DNA from: Fibrobacter sp.
GTDB taxonomy: Bacteria > Fibrobacterota > Chitinivibrionia > Chitinivibrionales > Chitinispirillaceae
NCBI GenBank assembly: GCA_012513915.1
Contig: JAAZBG010000128.1
Span: 9,640 to 73,639, forward strand
Reading direction: 5' to 3'
DNA: 64,000 nucleotides
Positions within the stretch are counted from its first letter, which is position 1; each line of letters opens with the position of its first letter. This document shows positions 47,616-56,834 of this stretch, piece after piece. Under the pieces are notes generated by a model. The model saw only the letters and a list, made by a program, of their open reading frames with translations, searched no databases and was not told the origin of the DNA. The position numbers and the translations under genes are program-made.

Positions 47616-48971
47616 TTATGAAGAGGAAACCAGGGGGTGAGCCTTTCCCCAATACCGTCGTACAAGACCAGTTATTGACAAGTGCGATGCACCTGGAAAA
47701 CGCTGACGTAACACATGTTCCAGTGCATCACCGAATGCCTTTGCTGAAGCATAACGTACCGACAGATTAAGGGCCAATGACTTGTCAATAATATCACTAA
47801 TTGATTTGTCAACATGTGCTACTTTGTGAAGTGGCGTATAATTACCTGCAAGTTTTTGTGTAAAAAGAACGCCGCTGTTTCCCTGATTGAATGCACGTTT
47901 ACCAGCTATAAGTTCATAAATCGTTGCACCAAGTGCATAGATGTCAACTTGTAAATTCGGTTTGTTACCGTTGAGCTGCTCCGGTGCAAGGTAGGGAAGT
48001 GTGCCTACGATGTTGCCGGTATTTTTTGTATGTAAAGAAACTTTTTCAGGACGGGCAATTCCAAAATCGGTGAGCCTGATTCTACCATTTCTGCTGAGCA
48101 TGATATTTGCCGGTTTAAGGTCCCGGTGAATAATTCCCTTATAGGTTGTTCCGTAAATGTTAATCGTCTGAAGATGTGCATAATGTAATGCACGACAGAT
48201 AAGAATACCGGTAATGAGAGCCTGCTCTGGATTAATAAATTTACATTTAGATAATATGTCCTCAAAAGAAACGCCGTCCAGATATTCCATCTCGAGGTAG
48301 GGAAGTCCATGCCAGTCTCCAACACTGAAACATTTGACAATATTAGGATGATCCAGCTTCGCGAATATTCTGATTTCAGTTTCAAACCGCTTAAGAACTG
48401 CTTCAGGTTGATCGGGTTTGAGTACCTTTACCGCGCGATAAACTTCAAGGCGGTGGTTCCATATTAGATAAACATCTGCCATGCCGCCTGATCCAAGTAA
48501 TTTCACGATTGAACCGCTGGGGAACTCTCTGAAACGATTCACAACATCTGATTTGTCAAAAGTTATTGCTGTCGTCGGGCCATTACGCAACTTGCTGCCC
48601 GCTACGACAATTTTACCTGTAGAATTATCATCTACTTGAGAGATTATGTTTCCCCCACAAAGTTTTCGGAAGACATGGTTTGCAGAGTCAGTCTTCGGAA
48701 TAGTCTTGATAAAATCATCGTTGTCGGGTGGAACAAAAGTACCATCATCAATTTCATCTTCTAATGGTTCAAGCTGTAAGTGCGGGTTACTGTTGGTAAT
48801 TGTGGGCGATTTTTTGACAAGTACAAACCATCCCAGTAAAAAGAAAAGCGTAAAGAAATATAGTATTGTATTCCGGAAAAAATGACCGTCAGAGAAAAGG
48901 AGAACGCCAGGAATTAAGCCTATAAGGACAATCGTTGCGGTCGCAACAGCGATACCATTAAGCGGCTTCAT
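47616..48971 (-). CDS. Membrane-anchored Ser/Thr protein kinase (Hanks type)
   Basis: Two N-terminal TM helices are followed by GSGGMADVY, AVK, HRDLKPANIML, DFGIARP and GTLPYLAPE. Confidence 0.9.
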   Translation of the reverse strand: MKPLNGIAVATATIVLIGLIPGVLLFSDGHFFRNTILYFFTLFFLLGWFVLVKKSPTITNSNPHLQLEPLEDEIDDGTFVPPDNDDFIKTIPKTDSANHVFRKLCGGNIISQVDDNSTGKIVVAGSKLRNGPTTAITFDKSDVVNRFREFPSGSIVKLLGSGGMADVYLIWNHRLEVYRAVKVLKPDQPEAVLKRFETEIRIFAKLDHPNIVKCFSVGDWHGLPYLEMEYLDGVSFEDILSKCKFINPEQALITGILICRALHYAHLQTINIYGTTYKGIIHRDLKPANIMLSRNGRIRLTDFGIARPEKVSLHTKNTGNIVGTLPYLAPEQLNGNKPNLQVDIYALGATIYELIAGKRAFNQGNSGVLFTQKLAGNYTPLHKVAHVDKSISDIIDKSLALNLSVRYASAKAFGDALEHVLRQRFPGASHLSITGLVRRYWGKAHPLVSSS

Positions 48972-49021
48972 ATGACTCCTTTATTTACATAATAATCGGG
49001 TTATCTAAAACGGAATTGTGT

Positions 49022-50653
49022 TTAAATGTCAAATGAAAAATCAAACTGTATCGAATTGCCATCAATGACTGACTGCGAATTGAGCGCGATTGACAGCTCT
49101 TTTCCATTAAGAGTGACTGTAAGAGCATTTAATGGCGATATGACACCATATGGTTCAAGCTGTTTTATTAGATGCTGCTCAAGTGACGAAGCAAGAGTTT
49201 CAGGAGTCATTCCGATTCCATCAACAGCAATGAAATGTTCTGCATGTCGTATTGAACGATTAAGCAGCATATTAAACCCGATTGATGCATAGCGTTCATT
49301 ACCGGATGCATTCAGCATGACACTTGGAGCGATGATAATTCTGCCGTTTCTGATTCTGACAAAGGTGAATCCGGCTTTTGCGATTTCCCTGATCCGGTGC
49401 GGTGGAATCTGCTGCATCAGCTGATCATCAATTAATTCCGATGTTGTCAGTGATGTCATATCAAAGGGAGATCCTGTTGAAAGAAACGTCGAAACCCAGT
49501 GATCCGCAAGAATCCATGCACCACCGGCAATCAGATTATCTTTTGCGCTGCTGATATGCAATGATGGGCCGCATAATGCTATCGAACGTGCAGCGCTCTC
49601 GTTACGTAAACAATCAATTGCTGCATCAATTGTTTGATGATCACCGATCGTCTCTACAGATACAATCCGTTCAAAATAGAGATCATCCTGTGCCAGGCTT
49701 GTCCATACCATTGAACGTGCAGCGTCTGCGATCGCTGCTGTTTTGTGTAGTGTGTCAAGTGTGTCAATATCAAGATGATTGTTTTCGTAGCTTAAAAGGA
49801 CAATGTCGGGTGCGTTACCATCATTTACAAGTGATCCGAGCGCAGATTGATAATGCTCAAATGCATTGTCAGATGCACTACTGTAAAGGTATACCTCAAA
49901 CAGTTTACTGCGGCCCATCTTCTTTAAGAGATTACGCAACGCATACCACGATGATGCAATCGTGGAATAATGTGATGATGATCTCAATGCTGCTGCAGTT
50001 TTATCTATTGTGTCAGCAAGCAGAAGCTGAACCTTCGAAAGCTGATTTATTCTGTATCCCGGGTTGTTGCTGTCATCTCCCAGAACGTTAATCAGTTGCT
50101 CCAGTGGTGATGTCTGTGGTGTACCGGTATCGATCATCGACATGATTGAATCGGCAAAGGATCCGCTATTCTGAGGTGTGCTCTGTGGCTTGACTTCAGC
50201 ACTCAGAGCAATCACGATCTGTTGTTTCAGCGGTGATGCAAGTTCCAGTGCCCTGATCTTCGTCGCTGCATCACTGGATGACACCTGTTGTTTTGCGACA
50301 CTGTCAACAATTGCCTTTGCGTCTATAAGCGATTTTGTCGTCTGGCAATTCTGAAGTATCAATTCTTCAGAAAAGTCGCTTAAAGCCACGATGTTTGATA
50401 AAACCGTAAATGGCTCGATAAATTCCGGGAGCCCCTGAGCAACGCGACCCTTTATTTCAACGTTGCAGCTCTTTAAAAAGTCCTGTATTGTCCCTGATGA
50501 AATAAACTGAGGCTGCTGACTTACATACCCAAAGTCTCCACATACTAATAAAACCCATGGTTTTATCTCTTTTGGCCGGGATGATGGACTATTTTGCAGG
50601 TGTGCACCGAGGCTTACGCTCGACGTCTGAATGAGTGATTCTTCCTGGGACAT
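49022..50653 (-). CDS. Hypothetical protein resembling a fused TssB(VipA)/TssC(VipB)-type contractile sheath subunit
   Basis: The ORF itself is solid. The N-terminus (KPWVLLVCGDFGY...IQDFLKSCNVEI...ALSDFSEELI) parallels the TssB pattern. The C-terminal part (REIAKAGFTFV, GFNMLLNRSIRHAEHFI....G....LE..L, and the ending ..SIQFDFSFDI) parallels TssC. The assignment comes from remembered family patterns only. Confidence 0.4.
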   Translation of the reverse strand: MSQEESLIQTSSVSLGAHLQNSPSSRPKEIKPWVLLVCGDFGYVSQQPQFISSGTIQDFLKSCNVEIKGRVAQGLPEFIEPFTVLSNIVALSDFSEELILQNCQTTKSLIDAKAIVDSVAKQQVSSSDAATKIRALELASPLKQQIVIALSAEVKPQSTPQNSGSFADSIMSMIDTGTPQTSPLEQLINVLGDDSNNPGYRINQLSKVQLLLADTIDKTAAALRSSSHYSTIASSWYALRNLLKKMGRSKLFEVYLYSSASDNAFEHYQSALGSLVNDGNAPDIVLLSYENNHLDIDTLDTLHKTAAIADAARSMVWTSLAQDDLYFERIVSVETIGDHQTIDAAIDCLRNESAARSIALCGPSLHISSAKDNLIAGGAWILADHWVSTFLSTGSPFDMTSLTTSELIDDQLMQQIPPHRIREIAKAGFTFVRIRNGRIIIAPSVMLNASGNERYASIGFNMLLNRSIRHAEHFIAVDGIGMTPETLASSLEQHLIKQLEPYGVISPLNALTVTLNGKELSIALNSQSVIDGNSIQFDFSFDI

Positions 50654-50849
50654 AATTTTTTAGAACCTTCTGTGCTGGTGAATGGATTTTAAATGTATAT
50701 TATATAGTTTGTTTATACGACTGGTAAATTGAAACAGATCATTTACCAGTTATTTCCTGAATCGTCCGGATCAGGTTCAGGAAAACTAATATTTTGAAAA
50801 TAATAAAAGACAGATAAAACTGAAAATTAAACTAAGGAGAATGTAAAAA

Positions 50850-52361
50850 ATGAAAAAGAGACCGGTTTGTCTGATAATACGTGATGGCTGGGGTAAGGGA
50901 AATAATGAACCATCAAATGCAATCTTCTCAGCAAAAACGCCATTCACCGATGCATACGAGAAAAGTAATCCTACAACCATGGTGCAGACATCCGGACTGA
51001 GTGCGGGTTTACCTGACGGGTACATGGGCAACAGTGAAGTCGGTCATCTTAATATCGGTGCAGGACGTGTTGTCTATCAGAGTCTTACCCGTATCGATAA
51101 ATCTGTTTCGGATGGAGATTATTTCACCAATCCTGCATTTCTAAAGGCAATAAATTATGCAAAAAATAACGGCGGTACACTTCACCTGATCGGTCTTATT
51201 CAGGAGGAGGGTGTTCATGCTGTAACTCGTCACTGCCATTCGCTGCTTGAGTTGTGCAAGAAAAACGATCTTAAAAATGTGGTGATCCATGCACTTACTG
51301 ATGGTCGTGATACACCACCGAAGTCAGCGATGGAACACATGACGTTTCTTCAGGAGGGTATTGACAAAATCGGTGTAGGCCGTGTTGCAACGGTTATTGG
51401 CCGCTATTTTGCCATGGATCGTGATAACCGTATGGACCGCACAGAGCTTGCATACCGCGCAATTATGGAAGCGCAGGGAATCAAAGTGTCAAACTGGAAA
51501 GAAGCGATCGAGCAGTCTTATGCTGCAAATGAAAATGATGAATTTATCAAGCCGAGAATCATCGATTATACTGGTTTGACAGAAAAAGATTCTGTGATAT
51601 TTTTCAATTTCAGATTCGACCGTACCCGTCAGTTGACAAAAGCAATGATTGAAAAGGATTTTGACAGCTTCAGCCGTAAATCGCTGGTAAAGTGTTTTGT
51701 CGCAATGACCCACTATTACGATAATGGCAACTTTGATGAAGCGTTTCCTGAAATGTCAAATGACAATCTTCTTGGTGAGGTCCTTGCGAAAAACGGACTG
51801 AAACAGCTTCGTTGTGCAGAAACAGAAAAATACGCGCATGTCACCTTCTTTTTCAACGGACAGAAAAATGACCCGTTTGAAAATGAAGATCGCATTCTTG
51901 TCAATAGTCCGAAAGTCGCCACCTATGATCTTCAACCCGAAATGAGCGCTCTTGAAGTCCGGGACAAACTCGTTGATGCAATTAAGAGTGACAAGTATGA
52001 TGTCGTAATCTGTAATTTCGCTAACTGCGATATGGTTGGACATACCGGTATTTTCCCTGCTATTGTGAAAGCCGTTGAAACAGTTGACACATGTGTACAC
52101 GATGTTGTTGAGGCTGCACTTTCAATGGGTGGTGTATGTATACTTACCGCTGATCATGGCAATGCAGAACAGACACAGCTTAAGGATGGATCACCGATGA
52201 CTGCGCATACTACCAATGTCGTACCGCTGACAATCGTCGGTGCCGGTACACTGAAACTCCACAGTGATGGAAGATTGTGCGATGTCGCACCGACTATGCT
52301 TGATTTTCTGGGAATACAAAAGCCCGTCGAAATGACAGGGAAATCCCTCGTTATCAGATAA
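50850..52361 (+). CDS. gpmI: 2,3-bisphosphoglycerate-independent phosphoglycerate mutase
   Basis: LIIRDGWG, GNSEVGHLNIGAGR, TDGRDT and ADHGNAE. Confidence 0.95.
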   Translation: MKKRPVCLIIRDGWGKGNNEPSNAIFSAKTPFTDAYEKSNPTTMVQTSGLSAGLPDGYMGNSEVGHLNIGAGRVVYQSLTRIDKSVSDGDYFTNPAFLKAINYAKNNGGTLHLIGLIQEEGVHAVTRHCHSLLELCKKNDLKNVVIHALTDGRDTPPKSAMEHMTFLQEGIDKIGVGRVATVIGRYFAMDRDNRMDRTELAYRAIMEAQGIKVSNWKEAIEQSYAANENDEFIKPRIIDYTGLTEKDSVIFFNFRFDRTRQLTKAMIEKDFDSFSRKSLVKCFVAMTHYYDNGNFDEAFPEMSNDNLLGEVLAKNGLKQLRCAETEKYAHVTFFFNGQKNDPFENEDRILVNSPKVATYDLQPEMSALEVRDKLVDAIKSDKYDVVICNFANCDMVGHTGIFPAIVKAVETVDTCVHDVVEAALSMGGVCILTADHGNAEQTQLKDGSPMTAHTTNVVPLTIVGAGTLKLHSDGRLCDVAPTMLDFLGIQKPVEMTGKSLVIR

Positions 52362-52451
52362 CCTGTTACTATTGGAACTGTATGATTAATTAGCAGGGGC
52401 GCACACGTGCGTCCCTGTCATGATACCTGCTTTTAATAATCCTTACAACGA

Positions 52452-53642
52452 TTGGTCGCTATTTTGATATTGTGTTCATTAGTGTTTGCATTCTTCAGCG
52501 TTGTATATATCGGAATTATACTGTTTCTTTTGCGGGGACTGCTGTCACTACGCCCGCATAATGAACAGAAGGAACATACTTTTTCGGTTGTCATCGCTGC
52601 ACGTAACGAAGAATCCAACCTTCGCACCTGTCTTGATAATGTTCTTAATCAGTCAATTGACAGAGGCCGGTATGAAGTGATTCTTGTTGATGACCGTTCT
52701 GAGGATGCAACACTTGCCATCGCCCTTGAGTATGTTGAACGTTACGAAAATATGAAAGTGATCCGCATCGAGGATGTTCCTGATGGCCTTTCACCCAAGA
52801 AACATGCAGTGTCGCAGGGTGTAAAGCTTGCAGAGCATGAGGTTGTTGTGTTTACAGATGCGGACTGTATCGTTCCCCGTGATTGGCTTGTATCAATTAA
52901 TAAAACGTTTGGTGAAACAACCGGCCTTGTTCAGGGAATCACAAAATACTCCTATAGTGATGGAATGAATAAAACATTCTGGGGACTTCAGGCTGTGGAT
53001 TTTCTCTCGCATGGAATTGTTGCTGCGGCCGCAATCGGCGCGAACCTTCCGATAAATTCAAATGCAAATAATTTTGCGTTTAGAAAAGATGCATTCAGTG
53101 AGATTGGCGGATACGGTACCGATACTGCAAAAGTGGTTTCCGGTGATGACGATCTATTGCTGCAAAAAATCTGGAAAAGCAAAAAATGGAAAATCCGCTT
53201 TATGGTTGATCGTACTGCTGCAGTGACAACACTTCCAACAGCAACACTATGGGGAGTGCTTGAGCAAAGAAAACGCTGGGGGTCCAAAACAGTACATTAT
53301 CATCCGCAACAGGTTGCATTATTATCCGGTATTTTCCTCTTTTATCTTTCCATTTGCGGATCACTGATCTGCGGATTCTTTTTTCCACAATGTTTCCTGT
53401 GGACGCTTGGATTGATTATCCTTAAAACAGCCGGTGAAATGATACTGATGATTCCGGGTACACGTATTTTTCATCAGGTAAACTTGCGCAAATGGCTCCT
53501 TGCGGCATCACTGTTACAGCTGCCAATGGTTTTATTTGCGGTTTTTGCCGGCGTATTCGGGAAATTCAGGTGGAAAGGTCAAAAATTTGAACGGGTTGTC
53601 AGAAAAAACGGTAAAAAATCAATTCCGGAAAAGCGAGTATAA
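52452..53642 (+). CDS. Membrane-bound family-2 glycosyltransferase
   Basis: An N-terminal TM helix is followed by FSVVIAARNEE, VDDRSED, FTDADC, GDD and QRKRWG (a QxxRW-like motif), then C-terminal TM helices. The start codon is TTG. Confidence 0.8.
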   Translation: MVAILILCSLVFAFFSVVYIGIILFLLRGLLSLRPHNEQKEHTFSVVIAARNEESNLRTCLDNVLNQSIDRGRYEVILVDDRSEDATLAIALEYVERYENMKVIRIEDVPDGLSPKKHAVSQGVKLAEHEVVVFTDADCIVPRDWLVSINKTFGETTGLVQGITKYSYSDGMNKTFWGLQAVDFLSHGIVAAAAIGANLPINSNANNFAFRKDAFSEIGGYGTDTAKVVSGDDDLLLQKIWKSKKWKIRFMVDRTAAVTTLPTATLWGVLEQRKRWGSKTVHYHPQQVALLSGIFLFYLSICGSLICGFFFPQCFLWTLGLIILKTAGEMILMIPGTRIFHQVNLRKWLLAASLLQLPMVLFAVFAGVFGKFRWKGQKFERVVRKNGKKSIPEKRV

Positions 53643-53758
53643 TGCGCAGTCTGACAGCATCATCACCTCAGGAAATCCCTGTTGCAGAATCCGGTAATAA
53701 GGTGTACTATTTAATAAAGGTGACCTAAATTCACTATCAGTCGTTGTTTCAGAAAACA

Positions 53759-54694
53759 ATGATCAGGAGAGTATCTGTGCCACATAAGTATCATCATCAT
53801 GAATTTGATTCTACGGATGCTCTGGTCCGGTTGAAAAAAGAGAAGAATATAAAAATCAGCGTTGTGCTTCCTGCGCTCAATGAGGAGAAGACAATTGGCG
53901 GGATTGTAGCATATATCCGGAGTCATTTTTCTGGTGATCAGGCGCTTGTTGATGAAATCGTTGTCATTGATGGCAATTCCGATGATGAAACGGTTGCAAT
54001 TGCTTCCCGGGAAGGGGCTTCGGTCTATCTCATCAGTGAAATTGTTCCCGACGTTCAGGTCAGGGGTAAAGGCACAGCACTCTGGAAATCGCAGTTTGTT
54101 ACCTGTGGCGATATTCTGATTTTTATTGATACCGATATTTTTGATTTTGATAAGCGATTTGTCAATGGATTAATCGGCCCGCTGCTTCAGGATGATTCTC
54201 TGATGTTTTCAAAGGCATTTTACAAACGCCCGTTGTATCTGGGATCAGGGAGATATGAGAATTACGGGGGAAGAGTGACCGAAATTCTGGTCAGACCATT
54301 CCTGAGTGCAGTAATCCCGGAGCTTGCATCAATTATTCAACCGCTTGCGGGTGAGTATGCAATTCGAAGATCGGTATTAAATAAACTCCCGTTCTGGTCA
54401 GGTTATGGTGTCGAGATCGGAATTTTGCTTGATGTTTATTTAATGTGCGGTATTGACTCGATTGCGCAGGTTGATATGGTGGACAGGTACCACCGGAACC
54501 GTAGCGTTCTTGAGTTAAGCAGGATGGCGTTTGGTATTCTTCATGTGATGCTTCAGAAGTTTGAGCGGATGGGAAAAATGTCAGTGCATGCACCATTGTA
54601 TGAAACGCTGCAAAGTATGAGCGGTACGTCGCACTCGTTAGCGTTTTCAGATATAGAATTGCAGCCGGTTTGTGAATTTGAAAAAAAGAAGTAG
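53759..54694 (+). CDS. Glucosyl-3-phosphoglycerate synthase-like glycosyltransferase (GT81-like)
   Basis: ISVVLPALNEEKTIG, IDGNSDDET, RGKGTALW, FIDTDI and GGRVTE. The start is either ATG 53759 or TTG 53744. Confidence 0.6.
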   Translation: MIRRVSVPHKYHHHEFDSTDALVRLKKEKNIKISVVLPALNEEKTIGGIVAYIRSHFSGDQALVDEIVVIDGNSDDETVAIASREGASVYLISEIVPDVQVRGKGTALWKSQFVTCGDILIFIDTDIFDFDKRFVNGLIGPLLQDDSLMFSKAFYKRPLYLGSGRYENYGGRVTEILVRPFLSAVIPELASIIQPLAGEYAIRRSVLNKLPFWSGYGVEIGILLDVYLMCGIDSIAQVDMVDRYHRNRSVLELSRMAFGILHVMLQKFERMGKMSVHAPLYETLQSMSGTSHSLAFSDIELQPVCEFEKKK

Positions 54695-54697
54695 AAA

Positions 54698-54886
54698 ATG
54701 CTGTTTGATTTTACACTCACACAGTTACTGTTAGTGCTTTTCGGGATGGGAGCGATATTCGCGCTGTTTGCCGGAATCCGGATGCCCAAATCGTTTGAGC
54801 ATGACGAGAAGGTGCGTACGGAACTTAAAAAGAAAGTCTATGCCATTGAAAAGAAAACCGAATCTGATGAAGATCACGTGATGTGA
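54698..54886 (+). CDS. Hypothetical small single-pass membrane protein
   Basis: A 62-aa protein with an N-terminal TM helix (LLLVLFGMGAIFALFAGI) and a charged tail. It starts 4 nt after the upstream stop. Confidence 0.4.
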   Translation: MLFDFTLTQLLLVLFGMGAIFALFAGIRMPKSFEHDEKVRTELKKKVYAIEKKTESDEDHVM

Positions 54887-55740
54887 AGGAATACCGTTGC
54901 TTTTGCAATCTCGTCCCGGATTGCATCAAGTAATCCGGTCAATGAAGCACTCTCAAACCCAAAGCTGTTCCAGACATATTCAGACATTTCGGGAATTTTA
55001 GTATCACCTCCATTGCCAATGTCAAGAGCACGGACAAAAATATCGGCACAATGCACCGCCGCAGTCATGAGGAAATGTTTACTTGACGGATTGGGATCGT
55101 GATGAAATAATACAGTGTTTTGCAGATGCTCCGGAAGATTCCACCGCCTGACCAAAAATGCTCCGATATCCTGATGCGTTACATCAAAGAGTTCCTTTTC
55201 GCTTTCGAAAAAAAGACACTTTTTAATCTGGGCATTAGAGAGCGCAAGGTTGAATTCATTAGGCAGATACTGACAAAGTATCAGTTTCCCTAGATCGTGA
55301 AGCAACCCGGCAATAAAGTATTCCTCCTTGTCATTACTCCCCAGGAATTTTGCAATTGCCTGGGCTGCTGCACCACATGCGATTGAGTGCAGCCAGAACT
55401 GTTCAAGATCAAATGTTGTTGCGTCACTTTCCCGTTTATGGAATACATCAAAAAATGACGCAGTGAGAACGACGCTTTTAATTGTTGAAAACCCAAGAAT
55501 GACAATAGCATGGGTGATAGTGCTGATTTTTCCGGGGAATCCATAAAATGCCGAATTGACAAGTCTCAATACCTTTGATGCAAGGGCCTGATCGGTTGTA
55601 ATTACCTTACCAACCTCTTCTGCCGATGTCTTGGGATTCTGTAAAAGCAGTGTAATGCGCTCAATAACTATCGGCAGTGTCGGTATTGATGTAATATTTT
55701 CAAGCGTGTTGAGTAATTTAATTCTGTTTGCCACTATCAC
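54874..55740 (-). CDS. HDOD-domain signalling protein
   Basis: LPTLP.V..R...LL.......E......D.AL..KVLRLVNSAFYG, later HD.GK. The length and layout are typical of HDOD proteins. Confidence 0.8.
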   Translation of the reverse strand: MIVANRIKLLNTLENITSIPTLPIVIERITLLLQNPKTSAEEVGKVITTDQALASKVLRLVNSAFYGFPGKISTITHAIVILGFSTIKSVVLTASFFDVFHKRESDATTFDLEQFWLHSIACGAAAQAIAKFLGSNDKEEYFIAGLLHDLGKLILCQYLPNEFNLALSNAQIKKCLFFESEKELFDVTHQDIGAFLVRRWNLPEHLQNTVLFHHDPNPSSKHFLMTAAVHCADIFVRALDIGNGGDTKIPEMSEYVWNSFGFESASLTGLLDAIRDEIAKATVFLHIT

Positions 55741-55743
55741 ATC

Positions 55744-56061
55744 CTATATGTTTTTATGAACACGGTATTGATAGATTGCGACGAAGAGTTTTTTCATAAC
55801 GGGTTTGTGGATAACGTTTGTAAACTTGTCCATCAATTCATCTTTAAGTTTTTCCGGTGAAATTAATACAGAATTTTCTTCAAGATGGGAATCCTCCTCA
55901 CCCTCAACAATTAGCGTACTGATCCCCCAGTTGGCAAGTCTGCGTCCAAGAGCGGCAGAGAGCGGCGAACCTTTCGATACAAGAACATTGCCGCTGGCTC
56001 CGCAGACCTCTCTTCCCAGGATCATACCGTCCTCAATTTTATCTACAGAAATCTTTTTCAT
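55744..56061 (-). CDS. Hypothetical protein (DUF3391-like N-terminal module of HD-type signalling proteins)
   Basis: A 105-aa protein containing KISVDKIEDGMILGREV....G.VLVSKG..L.......L..WGI..L.V. It lies 4 nt upstream of the HDOD gene. Confidence 0.45.
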   Translation of the reverse strand: MKKISVDKIEDGMILGREVCGASGNVLVSKGSPLSAALGRRLANWGISTLIVEGEEDSHLEENSVLISPEKLKDELMDKFTNVIHKPVMKKLFVAIYQYRVHKNI

Positions 56062-56286
56062 AATACTATCGATTATAGCATCCTGAACCCAACAGGTGCA
56101 ACTGCATTTTTTTAAATCATTTTCGTGGCTTATGCGACAACGGAAATTTGCTCCGGTAGTGTTAGTAAAAAAAAAGTGGACAAATTCATGCGGTTAATAT
56201 ACGCTTGTAATTATCGGCTTTTTACACTGATGTACCAGGTAATTAAGTGGAGCTGTTGCCAAAACAATTGTTTACAAGAGATATGT

Positions 56287-56709
56287 ATGGATCGAACTGC
56301 AGATGTATCATTGTATAAGGAATATAATAGCAGAGGTGGCGTTGCAGTTCAGATTTTGCTTGCTGTTGTAACACTTGGAATTATTGCCGGTATAATGGTG
56401 TTTACATTGTTGAAAGAACGGGAAAAACAACAGGTGTATCATCGGAAAGCTGTTGCAATTGCAGAATATGGGTTGATGGAAGCTTTACAGGAGATTAACC
56501 GGGATCCATCATGGAAAGGGTTCGGTGAAAAAACTGACTATGATAACGGGTGGTACAGGATTAAAGTAAGTTCATATACAAAAGCAGACACATCATTTAT
56601 CAGCATTGTTTCTGAGGGAAATATACAGTCAATTACAGATAGCCAGAAGTGTGTGCTCTATAGAAGTGTGGCTAATGGTGATTCACTATGGATGAGAAAA
56701 AGTCCATAG
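56287..56709 (+). CDS. Hypothetical membrane-anchored protein upstream of the pilus operon
   Basis: ATG 56287 gives a 140-aa protein with one N-terminal TM helix (VAVQILLAVVTLGIIAGIMVFTLL). The canonical prepilin G/FTLxE motif is absent. Confidence 0.4.
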   Translation: MDRTADVSLYKEYNSRGGVAVQILLAVVTLGIIAGIMVFTLLKEREKQQVYHRKAVAIAEYGLMEALQEINRDPSWKGFGEKTDYDNGWYRIKVSSYTKADTSFISIVSEGNIQSITDSQKCVLYRSVANGDSLWMRKSP

Positions 56710-56834
56710 AATTGTTGCGGTAATAAAAAACAGACTTTTTTATTGACATTAACCATGTTTGTTGATAAAAATAGAATATATACAATTATCAGAAATGTGT
56801 ATTTGTAAATCGACAGGTGAAGGTAACGGGTACG

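Noticed and set aside
52394-52418. A GC-rich near-palindrome, caggggcgcacacgtgcgtccctg, downstream of gpmI could be a terminator.
   Set aside because: It has essentially no loop and no T-run on either strand. I cannot support it as an intrinsic terminator.
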